A stretch of 51,442 nucleotides of DNA from an uncultured Gammaproteobacteria bacterium (GTDB taxonomy: Bacteria; Patescibacteriota; Microgenomatia; Levybacterales; UBA12049). Below are positions 7,247 through 17,165 of this stretch, one piece after another; within the stretch, counting starts at the first letter, position 1, and the number at the start of each line of letters is the position of its first letter. The stretch spans positions 20,456-71,897 of the forward strand of contig CAZGGU010000001.1 of NCBI GenBank assembly GCA_964525395.1, written 5' to 3'. The position numbers were made by a program, and so were the translations under genes. The notes under the pieces were generated by a model. The model had not been told where the DNA came from, did not search any database, and was given only the letters and a program-made list of their open reading frames with translations.

Positions 7247-9340
7247 TTATTCTTGTGGGGCACCAAGAATTTGTGATGGATCTTTTATTAAAACGTCTCT
7301 TGGCTTACTACCTTCTGCTCTACCCACAATACCTTCTGCCTCAAGCTGATCTAATATTCTTGCCGCACGTGAGTAACCGATAGAGAGTCTTCTTTGTAAA
7401 AGTGAAGCAGATGCTTTATCATACTCACAAATAATCTCTACAGCTTTAGCAAAAATTGGGTCCCTGCCAGATGAATCCCCATTTGAAGCACCACCTGCGC
7501 CTTTTGGTGTATAAGGTGTAGCCAAAATTTCTTCTGTATATTCAACTGCTGGCGACTTCTCTTTCATATACTCCACTAGCTTTTTAACTTCTTTTTCGGA
7601 CACAAATGCTCCCTGAATACGAGATGGCTTTGCCTGATCTGGTGGGATATATAACATGTCACCTCGACCAAGCAACTTTTCTGCTCCAGGACCATCTATG
7701 ATAACGCGTGAATCAATCATGGAGGAAACGTTAAAAGCAATTCTGGCCGGGATATTAGCTTTAATTAGCCCAGTGATGACATCTACTGAAGGCCTCTGGG
7801 TAGCTACGACTAAATGAATTCCGGTTGCACGAGCCATCTGAGCTAGACGAGCAATAGTGTCCTCAACCTCAACAGGAGCAAACATCATTAAATCAGCTAA
7901 TTCATCGATAAAAATTACGATATATGGCAAAGCCTGAAATCCTGCAAGCTCATTATATCCATCAATATTTCTTACTCCGCGCTCAGCAAAAGTTTTATAT
8001 CTGCGATCCATTTCATTAGTTGCCCATTTAAGAGCAGAGAGAATTTTTTCTACGTCAACTATTACAGGCACCATCAAATGAGGGATACCGTTGTATGCTG
8101 TAAGCTCAACGCGCTTAGGATCAATCATAATAAGCTTTACTTCTTCAGGCGAAGCACGGAAAAGCAGAGTGGTGATAAATGAATTTACAAGAACAGATTT
8201 TCCAGAACCAGTAGTACCAGCTACCAGTACGTGAGGCATTTTCCCAATATCTGCTATAACCGGACTTCCGGAAACATCTAGTCCCATAGAAACTGAAAGT
8301 TTTGATTTGGCTTTTCTCATAACGTCTGAGGCAAGCATAGTCTTTAGTGTCACAACCTCAAGCGATCTATTGGGAATTTCAATACCCACTAAGTTTCTAC
8401 CTGGAATTGGAGCCTCAATTCTAATCTGACCAGTAGGAGCTTGAGTCGCCAGGGCCAAATCGTTTGCAAGTGAGGTAATCTTAGAAACTCTTGTGCCTAG
8501 CGCCACCTCAAGGGCATACTGAGTAACAGCAGGCCCGAGATTAACTTCAACCACTTTAGCCGCAATACCAAAGCTTTGAAGAGTTTTTTCGATTGTTTGA
8601 GCAATTTCTTTAACATCTCCACGCTCTGCTTTTCCACCTTCTTGCTCCTCAAGCATATCAAGAGGCGGATATTCCCATATCAAACCTGAAGAAAGAGTAT
8701 TAGAAACTAGTTTTTCTGAAATAAGTTCATCTTTCTTAGCTGGATTTGCAGCTAGATTAGGTCCTTTATTAATCTGTGGCTCTCCTTTAATCATAAGTGG
8801 TTTATTAAGCATTGGATCTTTTGATTTTTTAAATACGCCAAGCGGCAAGGTTTTTCCTCCTGTTTTTTTAGCTGCTCCTAAACCTTTAACTATTTCATCC
8901 ATAGAAGTATCAAAAAGAACGATTACACCAATAAAAAGCCCAACTAAAAATATCAGAAGAGTTCCAATCGGACTTACCACATCTGAAATATTATTAAACA
9001 AAACTTGTCCCACATATCCTGCCTGAAATAGTGTGATTGTGGAAACATAAATAATTAGAGCTCCCATTGCCACATTCGGACGTGACAATGCAAATTTCAG
9101 TCTAAAAAATAAGAAGCCAAAAAGAATAACTACAAAAGGGAGAAAAAAAGACATGGCTCCAAAGTATTGCCTCAAAAGAGTGTTTATATAAATAAAAGAT
9201 GGACCATTTCCGAAGAAAGAAAGAAACATTAAAATGCCAAATCCTATGGTTCCGAAACCGAAAATTGTGTAAATAGTTTTGGATTTAAGTTTAATTTTGA
9301 ATTTACCACGTTTGCCGTAAGAGCCGCGTTTCTTTGCCAT
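7247..9340 (-). CDS. ftsK: DNA translocase FtsK/SpoIIIE
   Basis: N-terminal polytopic membrane domain, Walker A GTTGSGKS, Walker B IVIFIDELADL, and a C-terminal gamma wHTH (LLQRRLSIGYSRAARILDQLE). Confidence 0.95.
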   Translation of the reverse strand: MAKKRGSYGKRGKFKIKLKSKTIYTIFGFGTIGFGILMFLSFFGNGPSFIYINTLLRQYFGAMSFFLPFVVILFGFLFFRLKFALSRPNVAMGALIIYVSTITLFQAGYVGQVLFNNISDVVSPIGTLLIFLVGLFIGVIVLFDTSMDEIVKGLGAAKKTGGKTLPLGVFKKSKDPMLNKPLMIKGEPQINKGPNLAANPAKKDELISEKLVSNTLSSGLIWEYPPLDMLEEQEGGKAERGDVKEIAQTIEKTLQSFGIAAKVVEVNLGPAVTQYALEVALGTRVSKITSLANDLALATQAPTGQIRIEAPIPGRNLVGIEIPNRSLEVVTLKTMLASDVMRKAKSKLSVSMGLDVSGSPVIADIGKMPHVLVAGTTGSGKSVLVNSFITTLLFRASPEEVKLIMIDPKRVELTAYNGIPHLMVPVIVDVEKILSALKWATNEMDRRYKTFAERGVRNIDGYNELAGFQALPYIVIFIDELADLMMFAPVEVEDTIARLAQMARATGIHLVVATQRPSVDVITGLIKANIPARIAFNVSSMIDSRVIIDGPGAEKLLGRGDMLYIPPDQAKPSRIQGAFVSEKEVKKLVEYMKEKSPAVEYTEEILATPYTPKGAGGASNGDSSGRDPIFAKAVEIICEYDKASASLLQRRLSIGYSRAARILDQLEAEGIVGRAEGSKPRDVLIKDPSQILGAPQE

Positions 9341-9348
9341 GATAATCT

Positions 9349-9377
9349 ATTATAAACAGATCTTGTAGCTACTGCAA
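9349..9377 (-). promoter_or_regulatory. sigma70-type promoter of ftsK, leaderless geometry
   Basis: On the minus strand: TTGCAG, 17 nt, TATAAT, then 8 nt to the ATG at 9340. No Shine-Dalgarno sequence. Confidence 0.55.
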
Positions 9378-9379
9378 AC

Positions 9380-10555
9380 CTATTTTCCGATGATTTTTCC
9401 CTGCGTTGTCACATGACGAATTCCTCTATGATCAGCTATGGTAGCATATACTAAATCTGATCCAGGCGTTACACCTTTAAGCTCAGGATTAAATGGATCT
9501 TTAGTAATATGAACTACTACTACACCAATACTATCCGCAGGGGCTTTAACCAGGTCCCTATAACCATAAACCTTGTTTGACCACATATCCTCTCTATTTT
9601 TCTTGTAGTTTGTTATCTGAAAAAATCCTTCTCCAGTGGCACTCATTACTGCAGCGGCAGCTAGCTTTTCCGGTCCACCGCCACTACCGACTACCATTTG
9701 ATATTTTCCATCGGAGCCTCTTGAGTTTCCTGTCATTAATGCTGGAAAAAAATCACCAGCTTCCATTGGCTGCAAATCTACGCCCAAATGCCTTGCATCC
9801 TGCATATGCTCTGCAGTACGATCAGGCCTATCAAGAGTGATTACTCTTAAGTCTTTTGGATCTACTCCAGTAACTGCCAATACTCGATGAATATTAAATA
9901 GAGGATTCTTTCTTACATCCAATCCTCCCACATCTGGCGCAGCTAAAACTTCCCAGTATTTACCTAAGTCATTTGGGAGCTCTTGAAATCCTCCTCTTGC
10001 TGCGAAAGCAACAAACGCCTTAACCCCGGGGGCCCCTTCAATTCCTTCTGAAAAATTTGATCCTACAGCTGCAAGTCTTGTGCATTCAAGTGGATCATTT
10101 ACTCCAGATCTAAGATCCGCATTGGCACCATGTGGGCCTAGCATTACTTTAATTTCAGCACCTAGTAGCTGATCTTGAATTCCCTCACCATCTGTAAAAT
10201 CAATTCCATATCTTGAATCTCTGAATTTTCTGATCAACATCCCCGTTGCTAAATTATCTAACTGATCTTTTCGCTCATCTATATCTTTTTTACTTGCATC
10301 TTCCGGAAGCACACCCATTCTATCCATCCTGTTTCCTACTGCAAGCGCTACTGAAGCAAGCGCATCTAAAACTTCATTTTCAGTAGCATCTAAAACTTTA
10401 ACTCTTTGTATGTCAGGAGTGTATATATCTCTTTCTTGTGGCAATTGAGGCGTTGCAGACTCTAGCCCGTGATATCGATGGAATCTGCCGGTTGTGGATC
10501 TGAACATTGTTGGCAGTCTGTCTTGATCTAGAGGACTTTGCTGAAGTTCTGTCAT
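9380..10555 (-). CDS. glpX: divergent class II fructose-1,6-bisphosphatase (GlpX family) with an N-terminal extension of roughly 55 aa
   Basis: By-eye alignment to GlpX: DPLECTRLAA (DPIEGT), ITLDRPDR...LGVDL, and GSGGGPEKLAAAAVMSATG (GIGGAPEGV). The track start is TTG at 10558, so the adjacent ATG at 10555 is used here. Confidence 0.6.
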   Translation of the reverse strand: MTELQQSPLDQDRLPTMFRSTTGRFHRYHGLESATPQLPQERDIYTPDIQRVKVLDATENEVLDALASVALAVGNRMDRMGVLPEDASKKDIDERKDQLDNLATGMLIRKFRDSRYGIDFTDGEGIQDQLLGAEIKVMLGPHGANADLRSGVNDPLECTRLAAVGSNFSEGIEGAPGVKAFVAFAARGGFQELPNDLGKYWEVLAAPDVGGLDVRKNPLFNIHRVLAVTGVDPKDLRVITLDRPDRTAEHMQDARHLGVDLQPMEAGDFFPALMTGNSRGSDGKYQMVVGSGGGPEKLAAAAVMSATGEGFFQITNYKKNREDMWSNKVYGYRDLVKAPADSIGVVVVHITKDPFNPELKGVTPGSDLVYATIADHRGIRHVTTQGKIIGK

Positions 10556-10606
10556 CAATAAAGAATATCAATATAAAAAATTCATGGCTTGACCGAAAAT
10601 GGATTT

Positions 10607-10626
10607 TTTCCTGACACTTTCCTGAC
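10607..10626 (+). promoter_or_regulatory. tandem direct repeat TTTCCTGAC x2 with 11-bp periodicity, candidate wHTH operator
   Basis: Exact 9-mers at 10607-10615 and 10618-10626. They end 12 nt upstream of the predicted -35 of the gene encoding an OmpR/PhoB-type winged helix. Confidence 0.4.
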
Positions 10627-10637
10627 GAAAGCTCCAA

Positions 10638-10666
10638 TTGATAAAAAAGCTCTAAACTAATAAAAT
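10638..10666 (+). promoter_or_regulatory. sigma70-type promoter of the ATPase-wHTH gene, near-leaderless
   Basis: TTGATA, 17 nt, TAAAAT, then 9 nt to the ATG at 10676. No Shine-Dalgarno sequence. Confidence 0.5.
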
Positions 10667-10675
10667 ACTGCCACT

Positions 10676-11962
10676 ATGGATCATGTGATCGAAACAACTT
10701 ATCCTTTTGATTTCAGAAAGTCTGATGCTAAGAAACTTGCTCAGCAAATTAATAAAAGAAGAAACACAGTTCTTATTGGAATGAAAAGAGTGGGAATTAG
10801 TAATTTTTTAAGATTCTTTCTTTATCATCCCGAAATCGCTGAGAAATATTTAAATTCTAAAAATCATTTATTTATTCCAGTAGATTTAAATGACTTAGTA
10901 GAGCGAGAAGTGTTTCCGTTTTGGGTTTTAACTTTTAAAAGAATTTCAGATGCAGTTGAAAAATCTAATTTATCTAAAGAAATTAAAAAAGAAATAGAAC
11001 AATATTTTCTAGATAGCATTCAGTCCCAAGATTTATTTTTAACGATCGATTATTTAAGAAAAAGTTTACGTGTTATTTCTGAAAATGGAATTCTTCCAAC
11101 TATTTTCCTCATTCGTTTCGACAGAATGCGCGGATCTATTACCTCAGAATTTTTTAACAATATCCAAGGGCTTTTCGATGCTACTCACGGAAAACTTTCT
11201 TATGTAATCACGTCTGACCACGCACTCGATCAGTTAGAACCAGATATTTTTAACAAACAATCCGTTTCTGTTTTTTCAGATAATTTATATATAAAACCTG
11301 CAGAAAAAAATGACACTAAAATTATCTATGATTCAAGCATTAAGCAATATCATCTAAATTTAAAACTAGAAATAACACGCGAGCTTTTAAGAATAGTAGA
11401 TGGTCATACTCAATATCTTCTATATGGACTGATTTCCATTGGAGAAAATAAAGAAAATTTTACTTCTGATAACCTTTTTGAATTTTTAATAAATGAGGAA
11501 AGAATTTCGCTTCAGTCAGAAGAGCTCTGGGAAACTCTAAGTCCTTCAGAACAAAATATTTTAATTAAAGTTTTAAATAAAGAAAAATTAACATCCTCAG
11601 AAATTAAAGACGGACAATATTTAATTAGTACCGGATTTTTTGATTTAGATTCGTTAGAAATTTTTAATAAAATTTTTGAATATTTTGTAAAGACTAAAGA
11701 CGAAGAAAGGAAAAAGGAAAAAAATGTCACTGAACTTTCTAAAAAAGAACACCTCCTTTTAAGTTTCTTAGAAAAAAATAAAAACGAAATTTGTGAGAGA
11801 GAAGAAATTATTGAAGCAGTTTGGCCAGAAGCAGAAAGCTTAGGTGTAACCGATTGGGCTATTGATAGATTAGTCGCAAGACTTCGAGCAAAGATTATAA
11901 ATAAAAACTACGAAATTATAACTATTAAAACCAGAGGATATAAATTAACAATTAAAAGTTAA
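10676..11962 (+). CDS. STAND/Arch-ATPase-like domain with a degenerate Walker A, fused to a C-terminal OmpR/PhoB-type winged-helix DNA-binding domain
   Basis: The P-loop position reads GMKRVGIS (Lys replaced by Ile). Walker-B-like IFLIRFDR. The C-terminus, EREEIIEAVWPE...TDWAIDRLVARLRAKI...IKTRGYKL, matches the Trans_reg_C pattern. Confidence 0.65.
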   Translation: MDHVIETTYPFDFRKSDAKKLAQQINKRRNTVLIGMKRVGISNFLRFFLYHPEIAEKYLNSKNHLFIPVDLNDLVEREVFPFWVLTFKRISDAVEKSNLSKEIKKEIEQYFLDSIQSQDLFLTIDYLRKSLRVISENGILPTIFLIRFDRMRGSITSEFFNNIQGLFDATHGKLSYVITSDHALDQLEPDIFNKQSVSVFSDNLYIKPAEKNDTKIIYDSSIKQYHLNLKLEITRELLRIVDGHTQYLLYGLISIGENKENFTSDNLFEFLINEERISLQSEELWETLSPSEQNILIKVLNKEKLTSSEIKDGQYLISTGFFDLDSLEIFNKIFEYFVKTKDEERKKEKNVTELSKKEHLLLSFLEKNKNEICEREEIIEAVWPEAESLGVTDWAIDRLVARLRAKIINKNYEIITIKTRGYKLTIKS

Positions 11963-12377
11963 ACAAAAACCTATTTCTAATTTTTAAGCCCAAATTTCTT
12001 ACCCTTGATCTTACACTGTCTCTTTCCCATACAATATTTGCTTTTGATGATGTCCCTTGAGGTCCAGGAATAATCACTTCTAAACCTTCTGCATTTATAT
12101 CATCATGATGAAGTCTATTTTTTCCAATCAGTATCCTTTTACCTCTGTAGTGATAAACTCCTAAGGTATTAGTATCTATAACTTGAATCTCTCTTCTCAA
12201 TTCACGCAAATGTTCTACAGTATCTTCTTGTGAAACTTCTAATATATTTGGAATAAAAACTTCTTCCATTCTACCATCACCATGAGATGCGAAATAACTT
12301 TTTCCCTCACCTAACTCAAGTGTCGGAATTCTAAAATCTGCTGCTGCCTGCTCTCCAAGTTCTGCTTTAATTCCCAT
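11952..12377 (-). CDS. hypothetical protein (141 aa)
   Basis: ORF with its own consensus promoter. Convergent 11-nt overlap with the upstream regulator gene. No family recognised. Confidence 0.5.
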   Translation of the reverse strand: MGIKAELGEQAAADFRIPTLELGEGKSYFASHGDGRMEEVFIPNILEVSQEDTVEHLRELRREIQVIDTNTLGVYHYRGKRILIGKNRLHHDDINAEGLEVIIPGPQGTSSKANIVWERDSVRSRVRNLGLKIRNRFLFNF

Positions 12378-12385
12378 AGGTATGA

Positions 12386-12414
12386 AATATACCTTTAAAG
12401 GCTTACTGTGTCAA
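12386..12414 (-). promoter_or_regulatory. sigma70-type promoter of the 141-aa gene, leaderless geometry
   Basis: On the minus strand: TTGACA, 17 nt, TATATT, then 8 nt to the ATG at 12377. Confidence 0.55.
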
Positions 12415-12434
12415 CCTTCATGTATAATGCTTCT

Positions 12435-13031
12435 ATGAATAAAGCGCTTAACCATTTTAAAAAATCAGATCCTATACTTTATGAAATAGCGAAAGAAATA
12501 GTAATCAATCAAAAAGAAAAATCTCAGAATTATTTTATCGATTTAGTCGAATCAATTATTTCTCAGCAATTATCCATTAAAGCCGCAGATACTATATTTA
12601 ATAGATTTCAAAATTTATTTATTAATGAAAAAATTACTCCTGAGCAAACATTAAAAATAGATGATCAGAAAATGAGAAACTGCGGAATTTCTTTTTCTAA
12701 AATTAGATATATAAAAGGAATTGCTGAGGCAATAATTAATCAGACGATTGACTTGAATAAACTTGATGAAATGACAGACGATGAAGTTATTACGGAACTT
12801 ATCAAACTAAAAGGAGTAGGGAAGTGGACTGCGGAAATGTTTCTGATGTTCTCTTTATCCCGTGAAGATATTTTTTCTACAGGAGATTTAGGATTGCAAA
12901 ATGCGGTCATAAAAGTTTATGGACTAAAGAAAAAACCAACAGAAAAACAGCTTTTAAAAATTAGTAAAAAGTGGTCGCCCCACAGAACTTATGCTTCTAG
13001 AATTCTTTGGAAAAGTTTAGAAATTAAATAA
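12435..13031 (+). CDS. HhH-GPD DNA glycosylase (AlkA / 3-methyladenine glycosylase II type)
   Basis: QQLSIKAADTIFNRF, LIKLKGVGKWTAEMFLMF (HhH-GPD) and a catalytic-Asp context, STGDLGL. The track start is GTG at 12408. The ATG at 12435 is preferred because TATAAT (12423-12428) sits 6 nt upstream. Confidence 0.8.
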   Translation: MNKALNHFKKSDPILYEIAKEIVINQKEKSQNYFIDLVESIISQQLSIKAADTIFNRFQNLFINEKITPEQTLKIDDQKMRNCGISFSKIRYIKGIAEAIINQTIDLNKLDEMTDDEVITELIKLKGVGKWTAEMFLMFSLSREDIFSTGDLGLQNAVIKVYGLKKKPTEKQLLKISKKWSPHRTYASRILWKSLEIK

Positions 13032-13698
13032 TCTCCCAAAGATTTAGATCTCCATCTTTTAAATCAACATCTCCCTTTAAATACTTTATGATATATTCTC
13101 CCACTATCCCCGGCTCTTCTCCGTTATCAAATTTCCACATCTGGGTTTTAGTAGCACCAGGGGAGACAGAGAAAATTTTCAAATCAGGAAATTCTAAAGC
13201 CAAACTTTTCGTAAATCCTATTACACCAAATTTGCTAGCAGTATAAACAGCTCGTCCTGCAAACGGAATATGACCAGCTCGGCTTGCGATGTTAATTATC
13301 CCAACTTTTATTTGTGGGAGAAGTGCTGAGGTTACTTTTACTAAACCTTCTAAATTTATTCTCAGTTGATCTTCTATTTCCTCAAAGTTTTCATTTTCAA
13401 ATCCTTCCCAGGAAATAACTCCAGCATTATTGATTAAGAAATCTACATGACCAAATTTCTCAACTGCTACACTTACAGCATCGTTAATACTATTATTATC
13501 TTTAAGATTTAGTTCCAGCACTAAAACTTCAGGAGAACCCAGCTCCAAACATTTATTTTTTACTTTTTCTGCTGCATCAGCATCTTTGGAATAAGTGATC
13601 ACTAGTCTTGCATTTTCCCGTGCAAATTCATATGCAATCGCTTCACCGATACCACGACAAGAACCAGTTATGAAAATAATCAAATTATTAAGATTCAT
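13024..13698 (-). CDS. short-chain dehydrogenase/reductase (SDR)
   Basis: TGSCRGIG cofactor motif, NNAG, and the YTASK catalytic Tyr-x3-Lys. Confidence 0.85.
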   Translation of the reverse strand: MNLNNLIIFITGSCRGIGEAIAYEFARENARLVITYSKDADAAEKVKNKCLELGSPEVLVLELNLKDNNSINDAVSVAVEKFGHVDFLINNAGVISWEGFENENFEEIEDQLRINLEGLVKVTSALLPQIKVGIINIASRAGHIPFAGRAVYTASKFGVIGFTKSLALEFPDLKIFSVSPGATKTQMWKFDNGEEPGIVGEYIIKYLKGDVDLKDGDLNLWEII

Positions 13699-14155
13699 TT
13701 TTCATGCTATACAGCCCAATAAATTCAGCTTTTTCTAATAAACTCTGACCAATTATTGATTCTAATTCTACACGAGAAATATTCTGCGACACAGAAAGCG
13801 GGGAAGATAGCGCATATAATTTAAACCTATAATGATGCGCTCCTGTGGGAGGACAAGGACCAGTATAGCCAATTTTTCCCCTTCCATTCATTCCCTCTGT
13901 CGCCTCAAATGGAACAGAATTTTCTTCAATTATGTTAGTTTTAGGATCGATATTCCAAACTAACCAATGAGTAAATGTAGATCCTGTCCCTTTCGGATCT
14001 GTCGCAGCATCAGGATCATCAATAATAATCGCTAAACTTTTTGTCTCTTCTGGGACTTCAGAGAAATGTAACTCAGGACTATAATTCTCCCCCTCACAAG
14101 TATAAGTAGTAGGAATCAATTGGTTATTTTCAAATGCCGGAGAAGAAAATTTCAT
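13688..14155 (-). CDS. PEBP / YbhB-YbcL family protein
   Basis: SPELHF, IIIDDPDA, HWLVWNI and CPPTGAHHYRFKLYAL are hallmark PEBP motifs. Confidence 0.85.
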   Translation of the reverse strand: MKFSSPAFENNQLIPTTYTCEGENYSPELHFSEVPEETKSLAIIIDDPDAATDPKGTGSTFTHWLVWNIDPKTNIIEENSVPFEATEGMNGRGKIGYTGPCPPTGAHHYRFKLYALSSPLSVSQNISRVELESIIGQSLLEKAEFIGLYSMKNES

Positions 14156-14231
14156 AAATCTATCTTAGTACAATCAAAAAAATTTGCAAGCTAAATTTGC
14201 ATTCATTTAAAATTTATGACCATAATAAATT

Positions 14232-15083
14232 GTGAGACTGTCCGAATCAAAAATTATCCTCCTTTTAATTGCTTTCGCTATATTAATAGTAGGTATTCTC
14301 TTTTTAGCTTTTGACGAAAAAAATAAGTCACTCGAGAACAACTCCAGCTCCATTCAACAATCCCCACTTTTAACAAAACTCTCTCAAGGATTGTCAGACG
14401 CTAATTGGAGCAGTCCAGAAATGATAAATCAATCAGCAGGAACATATGGCGAAAAGGAAGGGCAGAAAATCACAGCCACTATTACTACTAAGGATGCCAT
14501 GCCTGTTAACTTTAATGAAAAAGCTTACTTAGAATCCCAAGGCTATAAAGAAGATCCTCAGCTCGCAGCAGGTGGTGCGGGCTCAAGCGTTTGGGGATAT
14601 TCCAAAGCTGAAAATGGTGCCACCAGTGTCGTAGTTTTCTCTTCAGAAACACAACCATCCAACAGTAATCAAAATGCACCAGCTGAATTTAATTGCCCTT
14701 GCCAAACTCAGATTAGTATTTTCGTAAGCACTCCTCCGCCCGCATCAGCTAATTCTAATGCTTCATCAACATCTACTGTAGGCTTAGCCAACCCTGCATC
14801 AGTTAACTGCGGAAATGTCGGCGGAACTACTTCTATCCAAAACGGCCCAAACGGACAGTATGGACTATGTGAATTCGGAGATAATATGGCATGTGAAGAA
14901 TGGGCTCTTTATAGAGGAGAGTGTCCAGTCGGTGGTGTAAAAACCACAGGATTTAACACAAAAGCTCAAATGTATTGCGCATGGGTAGGCGGACAAACAT
15001 TAGCAGTACCTAATGCTACCTGCACATTGCCGTCCGGTAAAGTCTGTTCAGACGAAGCAGTCTACAACGGCACCTGCTCATAG
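14232..15083 (+). CDS. membrane-anchored secreted protein with Cys-rich DUF333-like C-terminal modules
   Basis: N-terminal TM. NPASVNCGNVGG...GLCEFGDNMACEEWALYRGECP resembles DUF333. GTG (or ATT) start immediately after an in-frame TAA. Confidence 0.6.
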   Translation: MRLSESKIILLLIAFAILIVGILFLAFDEKNKSLENNSSSIQQSPLLTKLSQGLSDANWSSPEMINQSAGTYGEKEGQKITATITTKDAMPVNFNEKAYLESQGYKEDPQLAAGGAGSSVWGYSKAENGATSVVVFSSETQPSNSNQNAPAEFNCPCQTQISIFVSTPPPASANSNASSTSTVGLANPASVNCGNVGGTTSIQNGPNGQYGLCEFGDNMACEEWALYRGECPVGGVKTTGFNTKAQMYCAWVGGQTLAVPNATCTLPSGKVCSDEAVYNGTCS

Positions 15084-15108
15084 TGATCAAGGTCCAACTA
15101 CCCATTAG

Positions 15109-16353
15109 CTAATCCTTAATTGGCACTGAATTTATAAATGAGTAGTACATTATTAAAATCGTATCTTTAGAATCATGATAAATAAAATCCCCTCCATTAT
15201 CAAGGAATTTAATTAATGGTTTCGATGTATAAACCTGCTCACCTTCAAAAAATGGATAGAAATTTTTATTAAATGGCAAAAGTTTTGTAAATAAATAAAA
15301 CCCAACGAAAAGATTTAATACAAGAATTAATCCTATGAAAATTTTCTTCTTATGAGAACTAATTAAAAATGCACAAGAAATTGTAATAGATACAAAGATT
15401 GGAATAAAAATTCCATTTCTAACAAAAGGTAATGTAGAAAGTCCTAATATAAATTGAAAAACAACTAACAAAAGATAACTACTGTTTGCGAGAAAAAGAT
15501 AAAGAGTAAATTTCTTTAATTTTTTATTTCCTTTATTTACTATAATAATAAGACTAAAAAAATAAGTTACAACAAATATTAGACTTCCTAGAGGAACAAG
15601 AAACAAATTCGATAGAGAATTAAATGTAAGATCGATAAATAATGAAAGAGAGTTGTATCCCCATCCAAACTTAGAGGCATGAATCAAATCTTTAATAACA
15701 GGACTATATAAAATTATCGAACTCAATGGAATAATTGCACCTGAAATGAAGATACTAGCTCGATACTTTTTATCAACTATCATACTAGCAAGATAAATTA
15801 AGGGGAGAGTTAAAATAAATGTTGGAATTGTCCAAATTGAAAGAATAAAGAAAATTGAAGAATAATAAAATTTTTTCTTCAAAAAAAAATTTATTCCAAG
15901 AAATAATAGCAAACTACCTAATAAATATCCCCTCCCTGAAATAAAATATGGAGTCAGAAGTGGGCTTGCGAAGAATATTAACATTGAGATTGAAAATAAT
16001 AATTTAATTGATTTTTCTTTTTTTAAAATCCTACAAATAATTAATCCAGAGAGATATAAAAATAGTGCTCCAACCAAACAGTTGAAGACTCTCAATTCTA
16101 AAGGAAAGTAGATCAATATTTTTTTATGGGCAAAAAATGATTGAATAAATGTGAAAAAGATATGATTATTCGGCAACTCATAATGAGTAAGCGTAAAAAT
16201 TGGTCCATATCTAGCAAATCCTAAATAATTCCAAGCCTCATCTCCAGTTAAAGGCAACAGTGGATAAAAAATGCTTATAAATATTAAACTACAAAATAAA
16301 AAAATGAGATAAATAAAAAATCTATACTTATTCAGATAATTTAATAAAGCCAT
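15109..16353 (-). CDS. polytopic membrane protein, candidate GT-C (ArnT/PMT-like) glycosyltransferase
   Basis: 414 aa with more than 10 hydrophobic segments. An acidic GDEAWNY motif follows the first TM, as in GT-C enzymes. Confidence 0.45.
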   Translation of the reverse strand: MALLNYLNKYRFFIYLIFLFCSLIFISIFYPLLPLTGDEAWNYLGFARYGPIFTLTHYELPNNHIFFTFIQSFFAHKKILIYFPLELRVFNCLVGALFLYLSGLIICRILKKEKSIKLLFSISMLIFFASPLLTPYFISGRGYLLGSLLLFLGINFFLKKKFYYSSIFFILSIWTIPTFILTLPLIYLASMIVDKKYRASIFISGAIIPLSSIILYSPVIKDLIHASKFGWGYNSLSLFIDLTFNSLSNLFLVPLGSLIFVVTYFFSLIIIVNKGNKKLKKFTLYLFLANSSYLLLVVFQFILGLSTLPFVRNGIFIPIFVSITISCAFLISSHKKKIFIGLILVLNLFVGFYLFTKLLPFNKNFYPFFEGEQVYTSKPLIKFLDNGGDFIYHDSKDTILIMYYSFINSVPIKD

Positions 16354-16406
16354 AACAATAAATTCGACTTTAACAAACGTCTTTTAAATAGTCAATGGAA
16401 TTTTAT

Positions 16407-16829
16407 TTAATTCGAGGTTGCGCAGTTTTGATAAGTAGTTACTCCATTTTGCTCAATCATCACACTGTCTCCCACATTCCAGAAGACCAATGATTCATCT
16501 GAATTAGCATATCTTGCACCATCTGCACTCATCGCATGAGGAAGCGTAGTCTCTTCACCTCCTGGAAGAGTAAATGAAACTGTCCCTTCTGCATTATTAA
16601 ATGTAGCTGGAATTTTATCTCCATTTGGACATTTATAAACGACACTAATTGAAGGTTCTGGAGTAGGCACAGGTGCATTCACTATATTTGATTGTCCTCT
16701 ATGCCAAACGAAAATTATGCCAAAAAGCAACACAATAGCTAAAACGAAAATTAGCTCTTTGCCTTTCATTTCTTTTTTACGAACAGCAGCTTTTGTTTTT
16801 GTAGATTTGGAAGCTTTCTTTTTGGGCAT
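16407..16829 (-). CDS. membrane-anchored MliC-like (lysozyme-inhibitor fold) protein
   Basis: Lys-rich N-terminus plus TM. YKCPNGD...ATFNN...VSFTLPGGEETTLPHAMSADGARYAN...LVFWNVGDS matches the MliC pattern. TATAAT lies 5 nt upstream of the ATG. Confidence 0.6.
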   Translation of the reverse strand: MPKKKASKSTKTKAAVRKKEMKGKELIFVLAIVLLFGIIFVWHRGQSNIVNAPVPTPEPSISVVYKCPNGDKIPATFNNAEGTVSFTLPGGEETTLPHAMSADGARYANSDESLVFWNVGDSVMIEQNGVTTYQNCATSN

Positions 16830-16868
16830 ACTCTATTATAAACATGCGAGAAGACTAAGTGTCAACAA

Positions 16869-17099
16869 TTATTCTTGGAGATTCCCATGCACTGTGGGAT
16901 CATGAAGCGGTTTAAAAATTACTGACTCATCTTTCTCTCTTCTGCCTATTCTCAAATTTAATCCTTCACCATTAAATCCATTCTCTCCCATGCCGCCCGC
17001 TTTTAAAGTAAATTTTAATAAATCTAAAAACTCAGCTACTTCCCTAGGAGTTCTTAAATCCACTTGTAAAACAATGTTTCCCTTTTCTTCTTCCGTCAT
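16869..17099 (-). CDS. hypothetical protein (76 aa)
   Basis: ORF with TATAAT (17107-17112) 7 nt upstream of the ATG. No family recognised. Confidence 0.4.
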   Translation of the reverse strand: MTEEEKGNIVLQVDLRTPREVAEFLDLLKFTLKAGGMGENGFNGEGLNLRIGRREKDESVIFKPLHDPTVHGNLQE

Positions 17100-17165
17100 A
17101 CCGGGAATTATAAATCGGAGATATTTCGCAAGTCTATCAAATTAATATAAGAGGATGGTAATAAA

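Noticed and set aside
14216-14231. ATG at 14216 as the start of the DUF333-like gene
   Set aside because: It is in a different frame from the long ORF. An in-frame TAA lies immediately upstream of the GTG at 14232, so a GTG/ATT start is retained.
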